Assembly (NCBI GenBank): GCA_963734415.1
Contig: CAVTHF010000003.1
Span: 48,002-112,001, forward strand
Length of the DNA: 64,000 nucleotides
Origin: an uncultured Acidobacteriota bacterium
GTDB taxonomy: Bacteria > Acidobacteriota > Terriglobia > Terriglobales > Acidobacteriaceae
Direction of reading: 5' to 3'
In this document: piece after piece, positions 35,014-44,201 of the stretch
Layout: each line of letters opens with the position of its first letter
Position numbering within the stretch: position 1 is the stretch's first letter
Made by a program: the position numbers and the translations under genes
Notes under the pieces: model-generated
The model's database searches: none
What the model was told of the DNA's origin: nothing
Seen by the model: only the letters and a program-made list of their open reading frames with translations

Positions 35014-36379
35014 TCAGTTCATTAGGGTGTAACCCACGGGAACCAAGAACAAAGCCGCGACGAACCCTGAGACCCAGGGACGGAGTTTCTTGTATGAAAT
35101 AGGCACGGTGGTAGCCAAGCCGGAATGAATCAGGTAGTAAGCGCCGCAAGCGACCAACTCCGCACAGCCGTAACCGATCAGGCCCAGCACGCGGCAGCAG
35201 GACGAGTGTGGTTGTGGCAAGCAGAACCACGTGGGCCACATAGGATTTCATCACCAGCCACTGCTTCCCTACCACGAACAAGGCGGAAGCTTGCAGGTTG
35301 TAGACCGAGTTCACCAAGACCCCGGCGGCGGCAAAGGGATAAATCAGAATGCTGGGCATCCAGCGCGGGCCGATTATGTGTCGCACCACATACGGCCCGA
35401 GAAGAACAAAGCCGCACAGCAGCGGGCCCAGGGTTACCACCTGCAGATATAGGGATTGTTCGAGCGTTCTGCGAAACTCGTCGCGGCGGTCTTGCAGGCG
35501 GGCAAGGGCTGCGATTGCCATGCGTCCGGCCGCCAACCGGAAGCTGCCGAGCGCCTCCGCAATCCGAATCGCGAGGGCGACATAGGCGACTCCTTCGGCA
35601 CCCACGAATCGGCCAACGATCAGTGGGTTGACCAGAGTCCGCAGTTGCCAAGCACGCAGCGATGCGGTCAGGCCGACACCGTAGGACAGCATTGGCCGGG
35701 CGAGTTCGAGGTCGAAGCAGAGACGGTAAGGGATCTCTGCGGAGACGCAGGCAGCGATCAAGGTGAAGACCTGCCATACGATCTGGCCCATTACCGGGGC
35801 CCACACACCCACTCGCAGCCAGGCGAGTGAGGCGGCGACCACGAGTCCCAGCGATTGCCCCGCGAGTTCGATACCCGCAATTCTGCGAAAGTCCAGGTTG
35901 CGCTCGAGCCTGGCCATGGGGAGGCCGGTCAGCGCAGAAACCGGGATCACCGCGAGCATTGCAAGGTATGGAGGAACGAACTCCCGACTGCCATACCAGC
36001 GAATGAACAGCGGCGTGGCCGCAGCCGCGACCAGTCCCAACCCGATGGATGCAGTCAAAACCAGGGCGGCGGCAGTGCCATACATCCGGGCATCCGGCGC
36101 TTCACTGCGAACCAGGTAGGTGTCGATCCCGCCCCGGGCGAGGATTGCCAGAAAGGCAACGATCCCAATCGCGGTGATGAACAGGCCGTAAGCATGGGGA
36201 CCAATCCACCAGGTCATGACCAGCATGTTCGCCACTCCGACAATCACGCCCAGCCCATAACGCCCTGCCAGGCAGATGGCGCCGCGGATAGTTTCACGGC
36301 AAAACGGACCGGGCACGCTCCCATCGGCTGCAACAAGAGTAAGCGAGGGCAGGGCTGTGGCTTCAGCTTGAGACGGCAT
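35014..36379 (-). pseudogene. Oligosaccharide flippase (Wzx, MOP superfamily); +1 frameshift near the C-terminus
   Basis: A multi-TM N-terminal part of about 395 aa runs up to ...TTTLVLLP. The membrane-like continuation (V)LGLIGYGCAELVACGAYYLIHSGLATT...LFLVPVGYTLMN* is in the next frame (ORF 35014-35241). The shift is near 35190. Confidence 0.75.
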
Positions 36380-37692
36380 TCAATTCTTTCTGATCACGAC
36401 GATTCTGGGCTGCCAGCATGCCCGCCAGCGTGAACAGAATGCCGTTCACGAACTGGTAGTTCATCACCACGAAACTGGCATTCACCAGATAAACTACGAC
36501 CAGCAACGGCCACAACGAGCGGAATTGCGCATCCGGAAAAGTGCCCACTGGAGAACGCAAGCCCGGCCTTTTCCGGCCTAGTCGAAAAAGACCGACGACC
36601 AGCCAGCCGTAGAGAGCGAATCCGAACATTCCATACTGGACGAGAATCTCCAGATAGGTGTTGTGCAAGTAGAACTGCTCTTGATGGAAATCACTGATCC
36701 GGCTGGATAGTTCAGCCTGCATCGCGAGGCTGCCCCAGCCGAGGAGGGGTTTTTGCAAGAACATTTCCCATCCCGCCTGGTAAACCGCCATGCGGAACGT
36801 GACTGGTCCGCTCTCCTCTAACCGTTCACTGAGGGACAGGGGAGAATTGCCGAGGCTGAGCAGGGCAGTCAACCCCAAGGCGCCTCCCAGCACCAAGCAC
36901 AAGCAGGTACGGCGCAAGCATCGACTGGGGGAGAAGAACATCAGCCACAAGATCGACCCGGCGAAGGACAGCCAAACTGCACGCGTCTTGGTGGCCACGA
37001 TGGCAAGGGGCAAGGCGGCCAGCATCAGGACCGCGGGTGGCTTAGGCAATCGGTGGCGGCGAAAGGAATCCAGCGCGATGAGCCCCAACATGTTCAGGGC
37101 AACGCCGTTGGCCACCGCTTGCAGAAAAGGACCGCGGGCACGATCGGCGTGAATGCCCAGGCCCTCGTCCAAGATGTAGCGCGGGAAGATGAAATCCGTG
37201 TATCCCAGCATGAAGAGGATTGCGATCAGGCACAAATAACTCAGTACCAGCAGGGCGAAGACTTCGAACAGACGCCGGGAGCGGGCATCGTTAAAGATGT
37301 GCCCGGCCAAAAGATAAAGCCCCATCGGAACCAGCCATTTGGCGGCAAGCACGCCCCAAGTTTCGGGGTCGTAGGGCTGCGTCACAGCGTCGTAAGAAGG
37401 CTAGAAGGAGCAACCCGGACAGGGGCCAAATCATGGGTACAGCTATTCGTATTGGAATTCGCATGGTCCACGAGCGCAGCAATATCACAAAGATGAGCAG
37501 CACAAACGCGAACCGATCGTACGAATGAAAGCGGTAATCGGCGGGACGGAAGAGCATGACGGCCAGGGTAACGAGGAATAAGAGCGCAGGTGCGGCCATC
37601 AGCCCATGCAGCGGCCGGACGCAGGCGGAGACTGTCCATCCCGCAAGCTCTTCGCTCCACGCTTGAGGTGCCGACGGCTGGAGGGCTCCCAC
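36363..37692 (-). pseudogene. O-antigen ligase/polymerase family (Wzy_C-like) membrane protein; +1 frameshift
   Basis: ORF 37291-37692 reads ...AVPMIWPLSGLLLLAF. The next frame continues YDAVTQPYDPETWGVLAAKWLVPMGLYLLAGHIF... (ORF 36363-37385). The shift is near 37395. About 10-12 TM helices with a large loop. Confidence 0.7.
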
Positions 37693-38865
37693 TTAAGCCC
37701 CTTCTCCCCGCAAAACCACGGCCAGGGTTTTGAAAAGAATCCTGAAATCCAGGCACAGTGTCCAACGCCCGATGTATTCGCGGTCCAGCGCCATGCTACG
37801 TTCGAAGGACGGATCGTTGCGGGCAGTGACTTGCCAAAGGCCGGTGAGTCCAGGAAGCACTTCCAAACGTTGCAGATCCTCCAGGTCATAACGCTCGAAA
37901 TCGTCGATGGGGTGGGGCCGCGGCCCGACTAAACTCATTTCTCCTCGCAGCACATTCCAGAGTTGGGGCAACTCGTCGAGGCTGAAGCGCCGGAGTACCC
38001 TTCCCAGCCTGGTCACGCGCGGATCATCCACCATCTTGAAAAACGCTCCCTGGCGTTGGTTGCATGCCCGCAAGTTCTGTTTAAGCGCATCTGCGTTCGC
38101 GATCATGGTGCGAAACTTGAAGCACGCGAAGCGGCGTCCCTTGAGACCCAAGCGGGGTGCGCGATAGAGCGCCGGCCCCGGCGAATCCAGCCGGATGGCG
38201 CAGCAAGTGACCACGAGGAGCGGCAGTGCGAGCAGCAACGCGATAGCAGACAGCGTCACATCGATCCCGCGTTTGACCAGCAGACGGAAGATCGGGATCC
38301 GCTCCTCGGACAGGGTGAGCACAGGCACATCGCCGTATTTGCGAAGGATGGCGGGCGCGGGGTCGCACCCGAAAAGCTCTGGAACCAGCTTCACGTCGAT
38401 CTGGTTGGCTCGGGCTTGTTGGATGATTTGTGCGGTAGTTTCGCTGTAAGGGGCAAGGGTCAGGATGATTTCATCGACGAATTTGCGCCGTGCAATCCTG
38501 GCCAGATCATCGATTCGCCCCAGCACGGCGCCACCGAGGGGTGCGCGGTCATCCAGAAAACCCAGCACCAGAGACCGCGCAGAATTGTCCTGGCCGAGAT
38601 GATGGGCCAACTGCCAGCCTACCTGCCCGGCGCCGATGATGAGCACGTTACGGACGCGCCTCCCCCGCAGACCCGCCGCCCAGGAACTGGGCTGTCGCGG
38701 CACGGCAGGCGGGAACTGCCATCTCCAAAGGAAGCCATTCACGGCGGACGCGGCCTTCTTGCGGGGAACAGCATCCGCGGAGTCCAGGGCTCCAGGGATC
38801 AAACGGGACGGGAGCATACGGGAGGCGCCTGGGCGTGGTGTTGCAATGGCAGGTGAGGGCTGCAC
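37693..38865 (-). CDS. Polyprenyl-phosphate glycosyl-1-phosphate (priming) sugar transferase (WbaP/EpsB-like)
   Basis: RNVLIIGAGQVG is the CoA-binding-like domain. FRTMIANADALK...LDELPQLWNVLRGEMSLVGPRPH is the bacterial sugar transferase domain. It lacks the N-terminal TM bundle seen in longer homologs. Confidence 0.85.
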   Translation of the reverse strand: MQPSPAIATPRPGASRMLPSRLIPGALDSADAVPRKKAASAVNGFLWRWQFPPAVPRQPSSWAAGLRGRRVRNVLIIGAGQVGWQLAHHLGQDNSARSLVLGFLDDRAPLGGAVLGRIDDLARIARRKFVDEIILTLAPYSETTAQIIQQARANQIDVKLVPELFGCDPAPAILRKYGDVPVLTLSEERIPIFRLLVKRGIDVTLSAIALLLALPLLVVTCCAIRLDSPGPALYRAPRLGLKGRRFACFKFRTMIANADALKQNLRACNQRQGAFFKMVDDPRVTRLGRVLRRFSLDELPQLWNVLRGEMSLVGPRPHPIDDFERYDLEDLQRLEVLPGLTGLWQVTARNDPSFERSMALDREYIGRWTLCLDFRILFKTLAVVLRGEGA

Positions 38866-39390
38866 TTAGATCAGTTCCAGTTCGTAGCCTTCGATACGTA
38901 TCGCCACTGACCGCTGGATGGACTCGACCGAAATCACCAAATTCTTTTCTCCACGCTCATCGAGAATTCCTTCCAGCCCGTCCAGGCAACCACCGCGAAT
39001 TCGCACCCGTTGGCCGACCTTCAGGAAGGCATGCATGGCGCAAGACACTCTCCTGGAAAGCAACAATTGCAGATCGTCAATCTGCTTGGCGGGAATTGGA
39101 ATGATCTGCCCAGCAAACCCAATCAGCCCGATCACCCCAAGGGTCCTCAGCAAATCTACGCGTGACCAAGAGGCAGGGTTGAGGCGGGCAAAAGTGTAGC
39201 CAGAAAACAGAAGAGTATCGACCCGTTTCTCACGGTCACTCCAGCGGTGAATCTCCTCCAGGACTGGGAGAAAGGTTTCTACCCCTTTGCGCTGAAGATG
39301 GGTGGTCACTGTCTTCTCATAGCGGTAACGAGTCTGAATGGCATACCACAGCGGATTATCAGGATTAGAAGGATGGAAGACTGCGTTCAC
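38866..39390 (-). CDS. NusG paralog (RfaH/UpxY-like operon-specific antiterminator)
   Basis: The NGN domain is LWYAIQTRYRYEKTVTTHLQRKGVETFLPV...LFSGYTFARL. The KOW motif is FLKVGQRVRIRGGCLDGLEGILD. Confidence 0.8.
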   Translation of the reverse strand: MNAVFHPSNPDNPLWYAIQTRYRYEKTVTTHLQRKGVETFLPVLEEIHRWSDREKRVDTLLFSGYTFARLNPASWSRVDLLRTLGVIGLIGFAGQIIPIPAKQIDDLQLLLSRRVSCAMHAFLKVGQRVRIRGGCLDGLEGILDERGEKNLVISVESIQRSVAIRIEGYELELI

Positions 39391-39529
39391 GGGGTTAGGG
39401 CGGTTCGGAGCACGGCTCTGCTAATTGAGTCCCAGATCATTTTTGACTTGATTCGCACAGCGCATCTCTTGTTGGCTACATCAGCAACCCTGCAACGGTC
39501 GCCTGGAGTTCATTAGTGATGACGGCTTC

Positions 39530-40279
39530 TTAGAATCGTCGGTAAATCGAGTTGGGAATTGGAAAGGTGCGTTCGCTGAGCACAGTGCCCAGCAGCCGCG
39601 CATTCACCGAATGCAATGTCTCTTTTACTCTTTGTGCGGTGGCGCGACGGGTGGTATTGGCCTGGAGCACCAGAACGAGCCCGTCACACGTGGCCCCCAG
39701 CAGAGCGGCCTCACTGCCGGCCCCGGCTGCGGGCCCCTGTAGGACGGTAAAGTCGAATTCCAGACGCAGTTCCGCAAGGCGGGCCCGGAGCCAGGCGGTG
39801 GAAAGGGCGTTCTCGTTGCCTCCGAGAAAAACGCTCCGCGGCATGAACCAAAGGCTTGGGGAGAGCTGCTGCGCCAAGTCGCGCAGAGTGCCAAACCGCT
39901 TTTCACCACCAACCTCGCCCAACCGGTCTTTCCAAATTCTGCCTTCTTCGCGGATGGTGGAGCAGGCTTCGACTACACAAACTACACGCGATCCTCCCTC
40001 AGCTAGGGTTTGTCCAACTTGCATGCAGATCGGAGCAATGTCCGATCCGTGATCCACAGGGCTGAACACAACCTGGCGGCAAGGCTTGGGCCAGCCTGGC
40101 AAGAATACCTGGCGCACCAAGCCGCGAATCTGTTCTTCGGCAAAAGACTCAAGTGTCCAACCTGACGTATGGAAGTTAGGCGTCCGCTCCCGCTCGACCG
40201 CTGGTTCGGCATGGATCGCCGCTGACTCCGTCACTTCCTCAACAGTGGTGGGGGGCAATATCTTCACGAATGTGCTCAT
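39530..40279 (-). CDS. BY-kinase/MinD-like P-loop fold protein with degenerate nucleotide-binding motifs
   Basis: It has the position and size of the Wzc/CpsD kinase partner (ATGA overlap with the Wzz gene). The Walker A region reads VVFSPVDHGSDIAPICMQVG with no GxxGxGK[ST]. The Walker B-like region reads FDFTVLQGPAAG. The tail has only one Tyr. Confidence 0.6.
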   Translation of the reverse strand: MSTFVKILPPTTVEEVTESAAIHAEPAVERERTPNFHTSGWTLESFAEEQIRGLVRQVFLPGWPKPCRQVVFSPVDHGSDIAPICMQVGQTLAEGGSRVVCVVEACSTIREEGRIWKDRLGEVGGEKRFGTLRDLAQQLSPSLWFMPRSVFLGGNENALSTAWLRARLAELRLEFDFTVLQGPAAGAGSEAALLGATCDGLVLVLQANTTRRATAQRVKETLHSVNARLLGTVLSERTFPIPNSIYRRF

Positions 40280-41793
40280 AGTTGGTCTCTCGAAAATTCT
40301 TCTACGCCCGATTTCCTTTTCTGTGGGAGGGATGCCAGAACGGGAGCGCGCAGGAAAGCGACGACCTCATCGGGAGTACGGAATGCAGGACTCAGATAGT
40401 CAGTCGCGAATGCCAGACTCACGCTCACGGCTCCTGCCAGTGCCAGGCCAATCATCCCGAAACTCACTTCCGAGAGCTTGGGCAGTTCCGGCACCACAGG
40501 TTGCTCAGCGATGGTAACGTTAAGAATTCCGCCCTGATCCAGTGCGTCGCCGATTCTGGCTTCCTCGCGCTTGTCCACGTACAAGAGATATCGCTCCTCA
40601 GCGGCCTTCAAGTCATGCACCAACCGCTCCTGGGCGATGCTCTGATCACCCAGTTGCTGGGCGGCGTCCCGGTAGTGGGTTAGCAAAACACTTTCCGCAG
40701 CCGCGTGGGCACCCAGTGCCCTGGCTTCGACCTCTGCCTTGACCAGTTCGGACTTTGCCCAGGCATGATTTGGCTCCAGGTCAGTCGTCTGGTCGCGGAT
40801 TGGCGCACGGTCTTCTCCAGCAATTGAAGCTTTGGTTTGTGCAATCTTCTGCTCGACTTCTTTGACCAGGCGATACGAGGGCTCAAACTCAATCAGCAGA
40901 TCCGTACGCTGCAGTTCCAACTCCAGCAATCGCGCCTTCATCTTCTCCATCAACTCGGGATTGTCAGAGTTGCGCATCTGGGTCATGGTGCGTTCAGGCA
41001 GCGAGTCCAGTTTTGCCTGCAGGGCCCGGATCCGCTCCGAGTTTTCAGCCTGTGCGACCCGGGTTCGGCGATCGTCCGCGTCGGCGTCGCTAAGTTTCTG
41101 GAGTGCCATGTCGCGCTCCTGAGATGCAGAAACCACTCCCTGGTCACGGGTAAACTCGGCGAGTTGCAATTCGGTGGCTTCCAGATTGTGGCGTGACTGG
41201 GTAACCTGTTGGTCAAAAAAGCCAAACTCTCCGGAGGCGCGATGCACCTGATGATGCCGCTCCAGGTAGGCGTCGGCCAGTGATCGCAGCACCCTGGCGG
41301 TTTGCTCAGGATCAGAGGATTCATAGGTGACACTGATGAGCGCAGTCTTACGAATGGGTTCGACGGTCAACCGCTGGCTGATGCGGCGTACGACACGCGC
41401 CAAGCGTTTTTCCGGGTTTTCCCCGGTCACGCTCCAAAGCCACGAGTGATCCTCCGACAGGCCCGCGCGCTGCACCACGGTTCGCAGAATCTCTTCATCG
41501 CGCAGCAGTTCGACCTCGGAGTTCACTTCCTCCTCGGTGACACCTGGACGCATGAACTCCGCCTGGCTGGGCGTGGGTGCAACCACAGGATCGACGCGGC
41601 CCCGTCGCAGTAGCACTTTCATTTCCGAGCGATAGGACGGAGCCACCAGGCGGTAGGTCACAATGGCGATGAGCGCGACAGCAAAAGCAATCAGCGCCAC
41701 CCGCCGCTGCCGGAAGATGACTGCCAGCAAATCCCGCATGGTGGGAGACGGCACGCGTATCGGTTTCGGAACCAACCTGAGTTCTTCTGACAT
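40276..41793 (-). CDS. Polysaccharide chain-length determinant (Wzz/GumC family)
   Basis: N-terminal TM (RRVALIAFAVALIAIVTYRLV), a long periplasmic coiled coil, and a C-terminal TM (FGMIGLALAGAVSVSLAF). Confidence 0.8.
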   Translation of the reverse strand: MSEELRLVPKPIRVPSPTMRDLLAVIFRQRRVALIAFAVALIAIVTYRLVAPSYRSEMKVLLRRGRVDPVVAPTPSQAEFMRPGVTEEEVNSEVELLRDEEILRTVVQRAGLSEDHSWLWSVTGENPEKRLARVVRRISQRLTVEPIRKTALISVTYESSDPEQTARVLRSLADAYLERHHQVHRASGEFGFFDQQVTQSRHNLEATELQLAEFTRDQGVVSASQERDMALQKLSDADADDRRTRVAQAENSERIRALQAKLDSLPERTMTQMRNSDNPELMEKMKARLLELELQRTDLLIEFEPSYRLVKEVEQKIAQTKASIAGEDRAPIRDQTTDLEPNHAWAKSELVKAEVEARALGAHAAAESVLLTHYRDAAQQLGDQSIAQERLVHDLKAAEERYLLYVDKREEARIGDALDQGGILNVTIAEQPVVPELPKLSEVSFGMIGLALAGAVSVSLAFATDYLSPAFRTPDEVVAFLRAPVLASLPQKRKSGVEEFSRDQL

Positions 41794-41864
41794 GTGAAGT
41801 TTTGAACTACGCCTTGGATTTGTTGGGTCAGTCTACGATGAGCCGGCCAGGTCCTTCAGTCCTT

Positions 41865-42608
41865 TTAGAACTGTGTTGGGGTTGAGTACAGGCTGAGATT
41901 GGAAGCCGGCATGAACGGCCGGATCTTCGAGATGAGATTCTGCGGTACGAAGATCAAGTCGCCGGATCTGAGGTGTATGTCCTCTTGCAACTGCCGTGAT
42001 TTAAGCATGGACTTGAGGTCAAGAAGGTGCGACTCGAAAACCTCGTCCGAAACACGCCGGAAAAGCACGACCTGGGAGTGCTTGGCGCGCGGGGTGAACC
42101 AACCGGCCATTGCCACCGCTTCGGCGACCGTAGTGTCCGAGCGTAGTTCGTACTTGCCGGGACGACCTACCTCGCCCCCGGCAATGAAGTAGGGCTTGTC
42201 GAACTCCTTGAGGGTGACTGATACTTCGGGGTCATGCAGTACGCCTGTGTACGCTTCTCGAATCACTGCCCCCAGGTCGGGAGCAGTCATTCCTTCGGCA
42301 TAGATCTGCTGCGTCCCTTTCAAGGGAACATACCCGTCCGGCTGCACGGTAACGGTCTGGTTGAACTCGGGGGAAAAGGCGAAACTGATTTCCAGGACAT
42401 CACTTTTGCATAACCGGTAGAGCGGACGGCGGGCCTCCGTCAAGGCTGGACTCGCTTTGCCGTCCGCTATTCCGGACTTCGCGGTTGCCGCTGTTGTTTG
42501 CTCACCAGTTGTCTCCGGCTGTTGAGCGTGGACCGTGGCAACCACCGAAACGTTTTGCACCAGGCAACCGGCAAGCAGAACAACGCTGGATGTGGTTGGA
42601 AATCGCAT
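41865..42608 (-). CDS. Polysaccharide export protein (Wza-like; Poly_export plus SLBB)
   Basis: Signal peptide. YRLCKSDVLEISF...VTVQPDGYVPLKGTQQIYAEGMTAPDLGAVI...YFIAGGEVGRPGKYEL. Confidence 0.85.
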   Translation of the reverse strand: MRFPTTSSVVLLAGCLVQNVSVVATVHAQQPETTGEQTTAATAKSGIADGKASPALTEARRPLYRLCKSDVLEISFAFSPEFNQTVTVQPDGYVPLKGTQQIYAEGMTAPDLGAVIREAYTGVLHDPEVSVTLKEFDKPYFIAGGEVGRPGKYELRSDTTVAEAVAMAGWFTPRAKHSQVVLFRRVSDEVFESHLLDLKSMLKSRQLQEDIHLRSGDLIFVPQNLISKIRPFMPASNLSLYSTPTQF

Positions 42609-43016
42609 GCTGGCTGCTTCTTCCCGCTTTCAAGTTTTGTTGAGGACTGATCCAATGTCCGGTTGCAGTTCGCACGTTACGCGCCTACAAAAGCAGCCAC
42701 AAGACATGGGAAGTGCACTCCACCAAGGGGGGCAATCCAGCCCGCCACAAGCTCTGTGAGTACCACTTTGGAGGTATGCCCTGACTTCGGCCACATAGAG
42801 CAATTCCCGTAACGGTTCTAGACTGATGGTCCGACAGAACCTGCTTTTGCGCGGCAATGTGATCATTTAGGTAGGAGTGCAGGAACGGAACAAAAAGAAA
42901 TCCTCGGTGCTCAGCGTGTTTTCCACATCACGTTTCGCGCTTTTGATGTCGGGTCATCACAGAATCCAGCTATACCCGCGGCTATGCTGTACGACAACAA
43001 ATCGACCTGAGGAATC

Positions 43017-43703
43017 ATGGAACCTAGATCGGCCGCCACTTCCAGTGCAGTTAGTGTTCTTGTCGCCGGTACGAACCAATTGCATTGCCGGCTTCTGGCC
43101 AACGCCCTTCGCAAGCGGGACTTTCACGCAGTCTTCTGCGCGATGGACAAGGATTCCATCCTCGCCGCCATCGCTGAAAATGCAGTTGACGTCGCCCTGA
43201 TGAATTACGAAAAGAATATGGCGCTGGTGCGGAGCCTGCATCTCGCCCATCCCAATGTGGTCGAGGTCGTACTGCTGGATGCTCCGGATCGGGAGGCCGT
43301 GGTCAACGCCTTCCGCTCGGGTGCACGGGGTCTGTTCAGCTTTACCGATTCTCCCTTCCGGCTGATCTACAAATGCATCCAGACGGTCCACCACGGGCAA
43401 ATCTGGGCCAGCAACGAGCAAGTGGGATATCTGATTGATGCCGTCACCCAGGTGCCCTCGCTGCGAGTGGTAAACAGCCGGGGACGGAACCTGCTTACTC
43501 CGCGAGAACAACAAGTGGTGGCGCTGGTTGCCGATGGACTCAGCAACCGCGGCGTGGCCCGCGAACTCGGCCTCAGTGAACACACGGTTAAGAAGTATCT
43601 GTTCCGCATCTTCGACAAAATTGGGGTGTCCACGCGGGTGGAATTGGTGCTTTATGCGGTCACGCGGGGCGCGCCGCGCCAGGCAGAATGGCTCTCGGCG
43701 TGA
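43017..43703 (+). CDS. LuxR/FixJ-type regulator with an atypical (probably non-phosphorylatable) receiver domain
   Basis: The C-terminal HTH is LTPREQQVVALVADGLSNRGVARELGLSEHTVKKYLFRIFDKIGVSTRVELV. The N-terminal receiver-like fold has AGTN in place of the acidic DD pair and LMNYEKN in place of LMDxxMP. Confidence 0.8.
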   Translation: MEPRSAATSSAVSVLVAGTNQLHCRLLANALRKRDFHAVFCAMDKDSILAAIAENAVDVALMNYEKNMALVRSLHLAHPNVVEVVLLDAPDREAVVNAFRSGARGLFSFTDSPFRLIYKCIQTVHHGQIWASNEQVGYLIDAVTQVPSLRVVNSRGRNLLTPREQQVVALVADGLSNRGVARELGLSEHTVKKYLFRIFDKIGVSTRVELVLYAVTRGAPRQAEWLSA

Positions 43704-43757
43704 GCGGTAGCCTGGGCCACTCGCAACTAGGCTCGACTGTGGCTACAATGGGCAGTC

Positions 43758-44153
43758 GTGCCCGACGCTACCTCGCCCCCCACTTCGGCCTCAAAGTCCA
43801 GACGCTGGACGGTCATTGCCTCCGGCTTGCTCTGCGGGCTGCTCGCGCTGGTGGTTATCTATCCCAAGTCGAGTGTATTCCGCAGTCCAATGGCCGTGGT
43901 GGTGGTGGCTGCGATCGGCCTGGTCGCAGTGATGCTGCAACTTCGCTTCTATAATCGCGAGCGCAGCCGGCCGATACGTGCACCCTTGTGGTTAAACATT
44001 CTGGGGATCGTGTTTGCGCTGGCCGCCCTGTTTAGTGACCTCCTTCATCTGAGTTCCGACATGGCCCAACTGATGGCCCTGGGCGCGATTGGAAGCTTTT
44101 CGATCAGTAGTGCCGTCATCCTGCACGCGTTTCGTAAGCGCGGGGCGGAGTAG
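43758..44153 (+). CDS. Hypothetical 4-TM membrane protein
   Basis: 131 aa with four hydrophobic segments. Confidence 0.5.
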   Translation: MPDATSPPTSASKSRRWTVIASGLLCGLLALVVIYPKSSVFRSPMAVVVVAAIGLVAVMLQLRFYNRERSRPIRAPLWLNILGIVFALAALFSDLLHLSSDMAQLMALGAIGSFSISSAVILHAFRKRGAE

Positions 44154-44159
44154 GACATC

Positions 44160-44180
44160 GCCACGGATTTCCACGGATCC
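44160..44180. repeat. CACGGAT-type repeat half-unit
   Basis: GCCACGGATTTCCACGGATCC matches the left arm of the full palindrome at 55586-55658. Confidence 0.5.
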
Positions 44181-44201
44181 AATCAACCAGCCGGAAGGAC
44201 T

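Noticed and set aside
34316-36379. A single 687-aa flippase-glycosyltransferase fusion protein
   Set aside because: The middle ~70 aa are non-membrane junk. The true Wzx C-terminus and stop lie in another frame (35014-35241), and the GT4 has its own ATG at 34981.
38863-38868. Stop-codon read-through or fusion between the NusG paralog and the sugar transferase (ORFs are contiguous in one frame)
   Set aside because: The stop is TAA, directly followed by GTG, and the two products are complete, unrelated domains. This fits ordinary translational coupling.
39391-39529. An ops-like (GGCGGTAGnnTG) element upstream of the NusG paralog
   Set aside because: Only a weak resemblance (GGCGACCGTTG) was seen on the coding strand, which is not enough to call.
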